A stretch of DNA of 64,000 nucleotides, taken from positions 5,660 through 69,659 of the forward strand of contig JAIORA010000019.1 of NCBI GenBank assembly GCA_021108375.1, read 5' to 3'. The notes below the pieces were generated by a model, which made no database searches, was not told the DNA's origin, and worked only from the letters and a program-made list of their open reading frames with translations. The position numbers were made by a program, and so were the translations under genes. Of this stretch, positions 53,109-61,358 are shown piece after piece. Numbering within the stretch: the first letter of the stretch is position 1; each line of letters starts with the position of its first letter. Source of the DNA: Anaerohalosphaeraceae bacterium (lineage in GTDB: Bacteria > Planctomycetota > Phycisphaerae > Sedimentisphaerales > UBA12454).

Positions 53109-54338
53109 TTATTTGCCTGCAGATAGAAACATTACGATTAGAACGAGAATAGCTATAGCCGAACTTAAGACAATGATAGCAGTCCTGTATTTGGCTATTG
53201 TCTCCTGGTCGTAGGTTTTTTCCTGAGGCTCTAAGTCAATATCTTCTCCCATTTGAAGCTGCTCGAGTTCAGCGATATTAAATTTTTTGTGTGCTCTCAA
53301 CGGCGGTTCGCCCTTGCCTATCGCTTCGAGGTCTATCAGCAACTCTTCCGCTGAATTGTATCTGTCCTTTTTGTTCTTGGCCATCATAACTTCGATGACT
53401 TCTGATATTCCGGCCGACAGCGATGTATTGATATGGTCAGGCGGTATGAGCGGTTCTTTGAGATGCTTTTTCATAACATCAGAAGGTGTTTTTGCCTCGA
53501 ACGGTACTCGTCCTGTTACCATATGGTAGAATGTTACACCCAGCGAATAAATGTCCGCACGCGCATCAATATCTATTTCTCCCCTTATCTGTTCCGGGGA
53601 GATGTAGTAAGGCGTGCCGAATGCTTTGCCCGCTTCACTTTTTGCCATCGCAATGTCAGAGGCATCACGGGCCAGACCTAAATCTGCCAGTTTTATTATG
53701 CCAGTGCTGTTGACCATTATATTTTTCGGTTTTACGTCTCGGTGTATCAGCCCTCTGGCGTGAGCGTGAGCCAATGCTCTGGCTACCTGCATCACGACTT
53801 CAATGGCCTCGGCTTCAGAGAATATTTTGCCTTTGGCAAGGTCTTCGTAAAGAGTCTTGCCCTCGACATATTCCATTACGAAATAATGATAGCCGCCCGC
53901 TTCACCAACGTCAAAGGCTGCGACGATGTTGTTGTGATTAAGTTTAGCTGCGGCCTTGCCTTCCTTATAAAAACGCTGTACATAATCCGGGTTTTCGCTG
54001 AAACGTTTGGGCAGGATTTTAATTGCGACGGTTCTGTCGAGACTTAGCTGCTTTCCTTTATAAACGATTGCCATCGCTCCCGCGCCGAGTTTGCCGAACA
54101 CTTTGTATCCCGGTATATGACTTGCCGCTTCTTTGGTTTCTCTGGCAGCGTCTTTGGCACGTTTGGCCTGGCTTGTGGTTATGAACCTATTGTTAACCAG
54201 AAGATTTTCGAGTGTGGTTGGATTGTTGGGGTCGTGTTCTTCAAGAAGTTTTTTACACTTAAGCAGTTCTTCTTCTGTACACAACCCCTGGTCCACAACT
54301 ATCTTGCCGAACATCGTATCGTAGTTTGTTTCACTCAT
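53109..54338 (-). CDS. serine/threonine protein kinase (Hanks type) with C-terminal TM anchor
   Basis: GAGAMAIVYKG...VAIKIL, HRDVKPKNIM, DLGLA and GTPYYISPEQ. The C-terminal TM is AIIVLSSAIAILVLIVMFL. A ~75-aa helical N-terminal domain is also present. Confidence 0.9.
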   Translation of the reverse strand: MSETNYDTMFGKIVVDQGLCTEEELLKCKKLLEEHDPNNPTTLENLLVNNRFITTSQAKRAKDAARETKEAASHIPGYKVFGKLGAGAMAIVYKGKQLSLDRTVAIKILPKRFSENPDYVQRFYKEGKAAAKLNHNNIVAAFDVGEAGGYHYFVMEYVEGKTLYEDLAKGKIFSEAEAIEVVMQVARALAHAHARGLIHRDVKPKNIMVNSTGIIKLADLGLARDASDIAMAKSEAGKAFGTPYYISPEQIRGEIDIDARADIYSLGVTFYHMVTGRVPFEAKTPSDVMKKHLKEPLIPPDHINTSLSAGISEVIEVMMAKNKKDRYNSAEELLIDLEAIGKGEPPLRAHKKFNIAELEQLQMGEDIDLEPQEKTYDQETIAKYRTAIIVLSSAIAILVLIVMFLSAGK

Positions 54339-54362
54339 TTTTAGCCAAAATCCCCAGATTTT

Positions 54363-55379
54363 CTATGTATAGTACTGTACTGGGCCAATTATCGGTCTTA
54401 AAAGCCCATTGTCAAAGAAAAATTGTGTTAAATCAGTACACATATGGCACTTATCTACATATAATCGGCGTTTTCTGTATCCAGATTTAACAGCTTTTTG
54501 CAATAATCCAACAGGTCCGCTGTTAAATAGTACGCAAAAGAAGTCCATTTTGGTCGGATTAAAATCTTGCCATATTTGCGCAAGGCTTTTCTGATTGATG
54601 TTTCCGACAATAATTCCGCTGCATACCCCGCTAAAGACGTTGCCGAAAGGGTCTATGTGTACGCCTTTTGCGGAGAGGAAGTTTTTTTTGCAATTCTGGT
54701 CTTCGAGTTGTTCAGGTCGTTTATCAGCAAATTGCTGCGCTAAATCGCTGCCGGCTCTGCCTGTGAACCTGCACGGATATTTTTTTAGCGTAGCGATGTA
54801 TTGAGCCTGTTTTTCTTTTTCTGACAGGTTTTGCATATCGATAGGGTTATCGAGATATTCCTGCCATCTCACCTGGCAGCGGTCAGGGCCGAGAATTTCC
54901 ATTGCAATATCGGCCAGACGTTTTACTTTTTCATAGTCGATAAACTCTGCGTGGAATGGGTCGTAGCTTATTTTCAGACGTTTGACATTATGTTCAGCCA
55001 GAAAATTGAGTCTTTCGCGTATTTGAGTTTGGCCTTGCGCCCAATAAGCGTTTGTCTCGACGACATCAATTTTGCCGAGCTGCATTTTGTTAGCTTTTTT
55101 GAGCAGTTCCTGAAGATGTTCCCAATATACAAAAGGTTCACCTCCAGTTAAGTGTATCTTTGCTGAGTCCCCGGCGAGGTCTTTTAATGATTGCCATGCA
55201 GAAATCGCGGTCTCGATGTTCATCAACCCTTTTTTTTGAGGATTGCAATTGTAGTAACAAAATTTACAAGCCGCAGGGCAGTTATAAGTCAGCATAAGTC
55301 CTGCCGAGGTCCAGAGTTTGAGCTTGGGTTCATCTTGCCTGACATTGACGTTATAGTTGTTGTCTTTGAGATTGTACAT
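54363..55379 (-). CDS. radical SAM protein (unknown subfamily, Cys-rich C-terminus)
   Basis: CPAACKFCYY (CxxxCxxC) and LTGGEPF. The C-terminal cysteines are GVCSG...CHMC. The ATG at 55379 (MYNLK...) is preferred. The track start at 55415 is a GTG followed by a poly-Phe run encoded by a T16 tract. Confidence 0.8.
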   Translation of the reverse strand: MYNLKDNNYNVNVRQDEPKLKLWTSAGLMLTYNCPAACKFCYYNCNPQKKGLMNIETAISAWQSLKDLAGDSAKIHLTGGEPFVYWEHLQELLKKANKMQLGKIDVVETNAYWAQGQTQIRERLNFLAEHNVKRLKISYDPFHAEFIDYEKVKRLADIAMEILGPDRCQVRWQEYLDNPIDMQNLSEKEKQAQYIATLKKYPCRFTGRAGSDLAQQFADKRPEQLEDQNCKKNFLSAKGVHIDPFGNVFSGVCSGIIVGNINQKSLAQIWQDFNPTKMDFFCVLFNSGPVGLLQKAVKSGYRKRRLYVDKCHMCTDLTQFFFDNGLLRPIIGPVQYYT

Positions 55380-55614
55380 TTTTTGAGAAAAAGCGAAAAA
55401 AAAAAAAAAAATCACAGCCGATGTAAACTACTAACAACCGTTATTATGGGACAAAGCAGTATGATACTTACAGAGCGAAAAGATACAACAATATAATGTG
55501 CCGAAGGTGTTGGAAAAACTTGTATATAGTGTTGAAGTGTTATAGGTCTTTGTTTTTTAGCGAGTTATGAGTTTAAAGAAAAAAAGCATTTCGTTCCGAT
55601 ACTCGTAGTAGAAG

Positions 55615-55700
55615 TTGTCCCAAAATGTCTGAGAAATGACGCTGATAATATTCAGGGCATTAAGAGCGGTGGTTTTGGGATGGATAATAGTCGATTGAAA
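55615..55700 (+). ncRNA. candidate structured leader (copy 2 of the conserved hairpin motif) upstream of a 49-codon ORF
   Basis: ttgtcccaaaatgtctgagaa...gcattaagagcggtggttttgggatggataatag..attgaaa. It has the same stem, tcccaaaa/ttttggga, as copy 1 at 49411-49500. Confidence 0.4.
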
Positions 55701-55729
55701 TCAAACAGGATATTTGGAGAGCACTAAGA

Positions 55730-55879
55730 ATGAGCAAGCGAGAGATTATAGATTTTATATGTCAGATAAACAGGAGTGCAAAACCTGAATTTCTGGCGAG
55801 CTTTCCGGTTACAGATCTCAACGAGTATCTCAACAACTTAATGGAACTTGATTTGGAAAAATTAACAGTCGAAGTTTAG
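55730..55879 (+). CDS. small hypothetical protein (49 aa), absent from the ORF track because it falls below the track's length cutoff
   Basis: The ATG at 55730 lies 8 nt after GGAGAG. It encodes MSKREIIDFICQINRSAKPEFLASFPVTDLNEYLNNLMELDLEKLTVEV and ends at the TAG at 55877-55879. A hairpin/T-run follows at 55931-55975. Confidence 0.45.
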   Translation: MSKREIIDFICQINRSAKPEFLASFPVTDLNEYLNNLMELDLEKLTVEV

Positions 55880-55930
55880 GCACAGGTTTGAAAGAGGTTT
55901 GCCTGCCGACAATCGGGATATTTTTATCGA

Positions 55931-55975
55931 AAAAAAGAGAGCGACTTAATCTACACGATGAGCCGCTCTTTTTTT
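55931..55975. terminator. putative bidirectional intrinsic terminator
   Basis: aaaaaagagagcg-(20-nt loop)-cgctcttttttt lies between the convergent small ORF (+) and the CvpA-domain gene (-). The loop is long, which weakens the call. Confidence 0.4.
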
Positions 55976-56005
55976 CGTGATTTCTAATTTGTATAGTTTC
56001 TATAT

Positions 56006-57766
56006 TTACTCTACAAGAAAACCGCTGGTATTTTTGAAACGAGCTCCTTTTAAAGCAGCAGCAGATGGCAAAACATCGGTTATTATCGTCTGTTTTGTGG
56101 TGTTGATTAGATACAGAAAATACATCTCCGATATCTCGCTTGCCTGCTTGGTTAGCCAGATTTTTTTAGGAAAAGCCTTTGTGTAATTTCCATTCGGCCC
56201 AACCGTTAACCCGTTTTCAGATTTGTCCGTTAAGCTGCAGTAATCAACTTCAAAAACTATTTTATCCCCGACCATACCCTTTGCGACAACGCCCACTGGT
56301 TTGTGGATATTGCCATCCAAGTCTTTTAGGCAGGGGAAATTAGTCGAGTTAATACTACTGCCGACTTTGGGATTGTTGCATTTAAGCCCGATTATTTTTT
56401 GTTTTTTCCCTGCGTTTAAAATACGGATAAAAGCGTGACTTCGGTTGGATACCTGATAACTGTCGTAAATCATCTTCGATTGCGTATATGAAATTTTGCC
56501 ATTGCTGAGTTTCATTTTAAACTTCGTCGTGTTCTGTGCGACAGTTTGAAAAATGGCTGCAGTTCTCATAGCTAAAGGAAAAGTTTTAATCAAATCTTCG
56601 CCGGCGGCTAATTTTGTTCCGTACAAAATTGCGGATTTCTCAGGTTCAACAGTTGCTGATGTTCTCTCGCAATCTGAGGCCTGGATGAATCTTATCGCAT
56701 CTGGTGCTTTATCCGAACCGGTTAATTTCGGTACGGCGGCAATAGCACCCTGTTTAAACTGCATCAGAACCGGTGTTGCAGCTTTTGGGATATAAAAAAC
56801 AAAATCGAGCCATTTAACTCCGCCAGTAAAATCGCCTCTGTTGATGGCGACAGAATCTGAATGTTTTTTGACTTCCACTGTATTGGCCGAACTGATAAAT
56901 CCTATGGGATAAACGGCTGTTCCTTTGCCGTAGAGGTCGCCGGACTGGTCCTTGTTTTTGCAGATAAGTTTTAATTGAGAAATTACAAATTTGACTTTGC
57001 CGTTTTCGTCGAGTCCTCCGCCTTCTTTGATTTTCTTGTTGCTGAATTCAATACGGACAATTACAGGATTGTCGGCAGTTTGCGGCAGGGGCCTTTCCGA
57101 TGAAGAACTCGTTAGCTCAATATCCGGTGTCCATACCGCTTTTACTTTTATTGCGTTTGAGCCGGATATTATTGTGATGTCTTCATCTTGATTTTGACGG
57201 TTGAGATGCAGCTCGTCTATAAAATCCGAGTGAACGACGGCAAAGCTGGTCTTTGAACGCATTGCGCCGGCACTGATAGTTGAAAATACTCTCGACACGA
57301 AACCGTCGGCATTTAAAATTAATGTTTTCTCCCGCTTCAGGTTGCCCGGTTCACTATCGGCTGCGAATCTTTCGTAGGGCCATTGCGATGGAATAGGCAG
57401 CATTGCCACCGCTGTTACCAATACGCCCGCCATAACAAAGCCCGTAAGAATTCCGAATACTGTTCGCCCGATTCGGTCTATGAAATCCTTGAAATATATC
57501 TCAGCAAAGAGCAGTTTGTCAAAAGCCGTATTGACTATTATGAACGCAATTGCAAAAATCAGCAGGAATACTGTCGCATAAACCCATTGGCCTAAAAAAC
57601 CGTAGCCCGTAATAAGCCCGGCGGCAGTTTCGTAATATCCAAAGGCTGTGGTAACAGCTATCACTGAAGCCATAAACGTAAGAACAGACGTTATGAATTT
57701 GCCCTTTAGATAGGCAAGAACGGCTACTCCAAAAACTATTATTATAATTGCCAGTTCGGCGTACAT
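56006..57766 (-). CDS. CvpA-family membrane domain fused to a ~450-aa extracytoplasmic domain of unknown function
   Basis: 586 aa with four N-terminal TM helices in the CvpA (colicin V production) pattern (LAIIIIVFGVAVLAYLKG...GILTGFVMAGVLVTAVAML). I recognise no motif in the remainder. Confidence 0.55.
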   Translation of the reverse strand: MYAELAIIIIVFGVAVLAYLKGKFITSVLTFMASVIAVTTAFGYYETAAGLITGYGFLGQWVYATVFLLIFAIAFIIVNTAFDKLLFAEIYFKDFIDRIGRTVFGILTGFVMAGVLVTAVAMLPIPSQWPYERFAADSEPGNLKREKTLILNADGFVSRVFSTISAGAMRSKTSFAVVHSDFIDELHLNRQNQDEDITIISGSNAIKVKAVWTPDIELTSSSSERPLPQTADNPVIVRIEFSNKKIKEGGGLDENGKVKFVISQLKLICKNKDQSGDLYGKGTAVYPIGFISSANTVEVKKHSDSVAINRGDFTGGVKWLDFVFYIPKAATPVLMQFKQGAIAAVPKLTGSDKAPDAIRFIQASDCERTSATVEPEKSAILYGTKLAAGEDLIKTFPLAMRTAAIFQTVAQNTTKFKMKLSNGKISYTQSKMIYDSYQVSNRSHAFIRILNAGKKQKIIGLKCNNPKVGSSINSTNFPCLKDLDGNIHKPVGVVAKGMVGDKIVFEVDYCSLTDKSENGLTVGPNGNYTKAFPKKIWLTKQASEISEMYFLYLINTTKQTIITDVLPSAAALKGARFKNTSGFLVE

Positions 57767-57787
57767 TTTTTCTCCGGCTAAATTAGA

Positions 57788-59455
57788 CTATTCTTTCTTT
57801 TTCACTGGTTTTTTTACGTTGCTTTTCGGCACAGAAAGAACTCGCACAACTTCGTTTATTGATGTTATGCCCTCCGCAATTTTTCTGATGGCCTGTTCCT
57901 GAATGTAAAGCATTTTTGCTTTTCTGAAGATATTGACGATTTCGTTCATCGTTTTGGCTTTTGCCAGTGCCTCCCGAACAGCATCGTCTATGACGATTGT
58001 TTCAAAGACTCCGGTTCTGCCGTAAAAGCCCGTGCCCTGGCAGTGTTCGCATACAACTGGTTTGCCATGTTTGTCATACTGCACTTGTCCGGGCCGATAG
58101 AAAAGTTTAATTTTCTCGGCGGGTATATTGAATTTCCTCAGGAGTTCTTTGTTGGGTTCGTATGCTTCTTTGCACTCCTGGCAGAGCATTCTTACGAGCC
58201 TTTGATTGCTGATGCCCGACATAGTTTCAAATGCGGTATTTTTGTCGCCGACGAGTTTAATCCATTTGCTTACCGTCTCCATTACGCTTTGAGATTCAAA
58301 TGTAACGTAGGTTATTTTATTATCTTTTGCTGCCTGACAGGCAAGGCGAGCGAGGTCGGCCTCCTGACAGTGCTCAACGCCTATTATGTCCGGGCCGGTT
58401 CGCAGCATTGTCTGAAATCTTTTGGAGTATGTTGTTGTGCCGGTATCACTGAGACTGAAGACGTTCTGGGTTATGTTCGGGAGTTCGCCGGCAGGCTGTT
58501 TTTCCAGGGTGTTTATATTGTTCATAAATGGGTCGTGATGCCTGAGCATTGCATATAAAGTACTGGTCAAGCCGCTTTTCTGTGGGCCGGATACTATGAA
58601 AACACCTTTCTTTTGGGCTTCTTTTATTCCACTTATAGCCTGCTGTTGCTCATTCATCAGGCCTATGTCGCTTATTTTCATAACGCTGTACTCAGCGGTG
58701 AGTTTGAGTCGAACCTGTTCGCCGGCAGTCGTTCCGGCGGTCATTACTTCCCATTTGAATGGCTTTCCGTCTCTTTGAACTGTGAATCTGCCGATTTGCG
58801 GCTTGCGTCTTTCTTTAATGCTGAGGTCGGAAAGATTTTTTAGATAGCGGATAAAGTAATCCACATCTTCTTTTTCCATCGGGTCCTGTTTTTCCACAAC
58901 TCCGTCAATGACATACTGGACATTGTATTCCTGGCCGGAAGGGGTCAACGCGATGGTGCTTACCCTTTTCCATATAGCATCGTCGAAAAATTCCTGCGCA
59001 GTTTTATAGCCGAAAAATTCCGGTGTTTTGGGCAGCGGCGCGGGAACCTGATTTTTGTTTGCGGTTATGAATACCAGTCCCTTTGAAATTTTTTGTGCCT
59101 GCTTTTCTTCGTTGGTAAACAGGCTCTTTATGTGGTCGGCGGTCAGTACCTTTTCGTATTCGTCAACCAGGCCGTTGCGGTGCATAACGTACAATAAGGC
59201 AATAGTCCCAATTGTAATTATGTAAAATGACATACCTATAAGGAACAGCGGAATTAAAATCCAGATGAAAAAAGCCACTAATCCAGCCAGAAACGTTGCG
59301 GCAGTCCATTCTCTCGTTTTAGTTCTAAGCCTTTTGGAATCAAGATTAATCCAACTGACCAGCGGCGGCCAGGCCAGAAGAAGGAGGAAAAACGTAATCA
59401 GCTTTACGGCAGAGGCATAACTGCCTGGTTCTATAACGGCTGTAACAGCGGGCAT
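57788..59455 (-). CDS. membrane-anchored PilB/GspE-like protein with degenerate ATPase motifs (probable pseudo-ATPase)
   Basis: 555 aa with ~3 N-terminal TM helices and a GspE-type N2 + ATPase fold. The motifs read Walker A GPQKSGLTST (Lys replaced), Asp box INTLEKQP, Walker B region DIIGVEHCQ and His box VTFESQS. The tetracysteine CQEC...CEHCQGTG is retained. Confidence 0.7.
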   Translation of the reverse strand: MPAVTAVIEPGSYASAVKLITFFLLLLAWPPLVSWINLDSKRLRTKTREWTAATFLAGLVAFFIWILIPLFLIGMSFYIITIGTIALLYVMHRNGLVDEYEKVLTADHIKSLFTNEEKQAQKISKGLVFITANKNQVPAPLPKTPEFFGYKTAQEFFDDAIWKRVSTIALTPSGQEYNVQYVIDGVVEKQDPMEKEDVDYFIRYLKNLSDLSIKERRKPQIGRFTVQRDGKPFKWEVMTAGTTAGEQVRLKLTAEYSVMKISDIGLMNEQQQAISGIKEAQKKGVFIVSGPQKSGLTSTLYAMLRHHDPFMNNINTLEKQPAGELPNITQNVFSLSDTGTTTYSKRFQTMLRTGPDIIGVEHCQEADLARLACQAAKDNKITYVTFESQSVMETVSKWIKLVGDKNTAFETMSGISNQRLVRMLCQECKEAYEPNKELLRKFNIPAEKIKLFYRPGQVQYDKHGKPVVCEHCQGTGFYGRTGVFETIVIDDAVREALAKAKTMNEIVNIFRKAKMLYIQEQAIRKIAEGITSINEVVRVLSVPKSNVKKPVKKKE

Positions 59456-59478
59456 TTGGTCTCCAATACCTTAAAATT

Positions 59479-60618
59479 CTATAAAATCGCGCCTGAACTG
59501 GCTCTAATTCCCTTGAGTGCCATCTTAAGCTCTTCAACATTCGAAGCGTGTTCAAGGCCGACTTTCAGGTCTATCCATTCATCGTCTATAAGTTTTCTGA
59601 GGCTCTCGGTAAAGTCCTGCATACCCTCGTTTTGACACGCTCTTATAATGGTTTCGAGGTCTGACTCGCGTCCTTCAGAAATAAGTTTCTGAACTATCGG
59701 GTTCGCTATCAGTATTTCGACGGCAGGGACTCTTGAAGCCTCTTTTCTCAGGCCGGGCAGAATTACCTGGCTGATTATAGCTCGTATCGTCAGCGCAAAA
59801 GTTTGTCTGGCAAGTTCCCTTTCTTCCTGTGGGAAGAGGTCGAGAATACGTTGTATCGTTTGCGAGGCACTAACTGAGTGCAGCGTGCCGAAAACCAGGT
59901 GGCCGGTTTCAGCGGCCCTCATCGCAGCGGTAAGTGTCTCGTTATCGCGCATCTCGCCAACAAGCACAACGTCAGGGTCCTGTCTCATAAGCGACCTCAG
60001 AGCGTCTTCAAAGTCGGGAACGTCAATCCCTATTTCCCTTTGGGATACGAGAGCTTTTTTGTCTGTGTGGAGAAATTCCAACGGGTCCTCAATTGTTACG
60101 ATATGGCAGGAGCGTGTTGCGTTGATATGGTCTATCATAGAGGCAATCGTAGTACTTTTGCCGCAACCGGTCGGGCCGGTAACAAGGACAAGGCCATCCC
60201 GGACATTATCGGCAAGGGTTTCGACAACGGGGGGCAGATTAAGACTCGCAAAAGGAGGAATCTCGGAAGTAATTCTTCTGGCGGCCATACTTATCATTGT
60301 TCTCTGCCGGAAAATGTTAATCCTGAATCTATCCGTTGCTGATGGTTGGTAGGCGAAGTCCAAGGCTCCATTTTCGAGGAAGAACTTCTTTTGCTGCTCG
60401 CTGAGTATTTCAAAGACGAGCTTTTCAATCTTTTCCTCAGTTAGAACCGGTGCATTCGTGCTTCTTATGCCGTCGTGAATTCGCAATTTTGGGGGCTGGC
60501 CCACTTTGAGGTGCAAATCACTGGCCTGTGATTTTATGGCAGCACTGAAAAGCTTGTTTATTTCAGGCTCTTTTTCAAAGTGTACGTGGCTGTCTATGGG
60601 CTGTTTGTGTTCTGTCAT
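59479..60618 (-). CDS. pilT: type IV pilus retraction ATPase PilT family
   Basis: 379 aa. ASDLHLKVGQPPKLRIHDG, Walker A GPTGCGKSTT, ITIEDPLEF, DPDVVLVGEMRD and GTLHS. It lacks the N-terminal T2SSE_N domain and the Zn finger, as PilT does. Confidence 0.9.
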   Translation of the reverse strand: MTEHKQPIDSHVHFEKEPEINKLFSAAIKSQASDLHLKVGQPPKLRIHDGIRSTNAPVLTEEKIEKLVFEILSEQQKKFFLENGALDFAYQPSATDRFRINIFRQRTMISMAARRITSEIPPFASLNLPPVVETLADNVRDGLVLVTGPTGCGKSTTIASMIDHINATRSCHIVTIEDPLEFLHTDKKALVSQREIGIDVPDFEDALRSLMRQDPDVVLVGEMRDNETLTAAMRAAETGHLVFGTLHSVSASQTIQRILDLFPQEERELARQTFALTIRAIISQVILPGLRKEASRVPAVEILIANPIVQKLISEGRESDLETIIRACQNEGMQDFTESLRKLIDDEWIDLKVGLEHASNVEELKMALKGIRASSGAIL

Positions 60619-60739
60619 TTTTATACTCCAAGACGTAACTCTCTATTTATTAAGAAGTTACAGATTTGTCTATTTTTTGGCATCGACTGATATTTCCAAG
60701 TTTGGCCGAGGCAGTTCAAAAATAATTACCCAAACCCTC

Positions 60740-60767
60740 ATTCTACGCTAATATGCGATATTGTCAA
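60740..60767 (-). promoter_or_regulatory. sigma-70-like promoter for the pilT operon
   Basis: The minus strand reads TTGACA, a 16-nt spacer, then TAGAAT, ~120 nt upstream of the pilT ATG at 60618. Confidence 0.55.
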
Positions 60768-60863
60768 TAGCGATGTGAGGATTAAACCAGTGTTTAGTTC
60801 ATCATATATCTTAGTATATTTAGCGTATCTTCATAGCAAAGACGGATAATGCCTCTGTATTTA

Positions 60864-60892
60864 TTGACTGCTGTAAAAAGTTGTTCTATAAT
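60864..60892 (+). promoter_or_regulatory. sigma-70 consensus promoter for ykgJ-like/hisS
   Basis: TTGACT, a 17-nt spacer, then TATAAT. Confidence 0.6.
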
Positions 60893-60934
60893 CAATAGTT
60901 TATAATTTTTTGACCAATGAAAGGATTCGAGTTA

Positions 60935-61354
60935 ATGGCTGCTAAGAAAAATTTATGTGATAAATGTACAGGCCTGTGTTGCCGCTATATGGCTTTGCCG
61001 ATAGAGACTCCCGAAGACAGGGATGATTTTGACGATATTCGCTGGTATCTTTGCCACAAGAACATTGCCGTTTTTGTCGAGGATGGCGACTGGTATATCA
61101 ATGTTAAAAACGTATGCAAGCACCTTGACAGCAAAACATACAGGTGCAAAATTTATGACACAAGGCCTAATATATGCCGGAAATATCACAAAGATTGTGA
61201 GCTTACAGGCGAGGAATATGATTACGATTTGCACTTTACCAACGACAAACAAATGCAGGAATATATTAATATAAAGTTCGACAACAACAAAAACGACCAT
61301 CCTGCCAGTAAAGCTGCCGGCAAAAAAGCCAAGGCATCCAAAAAGAAGAAATAG
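60935..61354 (+). CDS. YkgJ family cysteine-cluster protein (UPF0153)
   Basis: CDKCTGLCCRY (CxxCxxCC) plus downstream C...C..Y..RP..CR. It has a Lys-rich tail. The ATG at 60935 follows AAAGGA by 8 nt. The track start is at 60917. Confidence 0.75.
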   Translation: MAAKKNLCDKCTGLCCRYMALPIETPEDRDDFDDIRWYLCHKNIAVFVEDGDWYINVKNVCKHLDSKTYRCKIYDTRPNICRKYHKDCELTGEEYDYDLHFTNDKQMQEYINIKFDNNKNDHPASKAAGKKAKASKKKK

Positions 61355-61358
61355 ACTT

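Noticed and set aside
55730-55879. The small ORF as a RiPP precursor for the neighbouring radical SAM enzyme.
   Set aside because: The peptide has one Cys, no Cys/Ser/Thr/Gly-rich core and no recognisable leader/core split. It is transcribed divergently rather than with the enzyme, and it looks like a folded helical protein. The link is not supported by the sequence alone.
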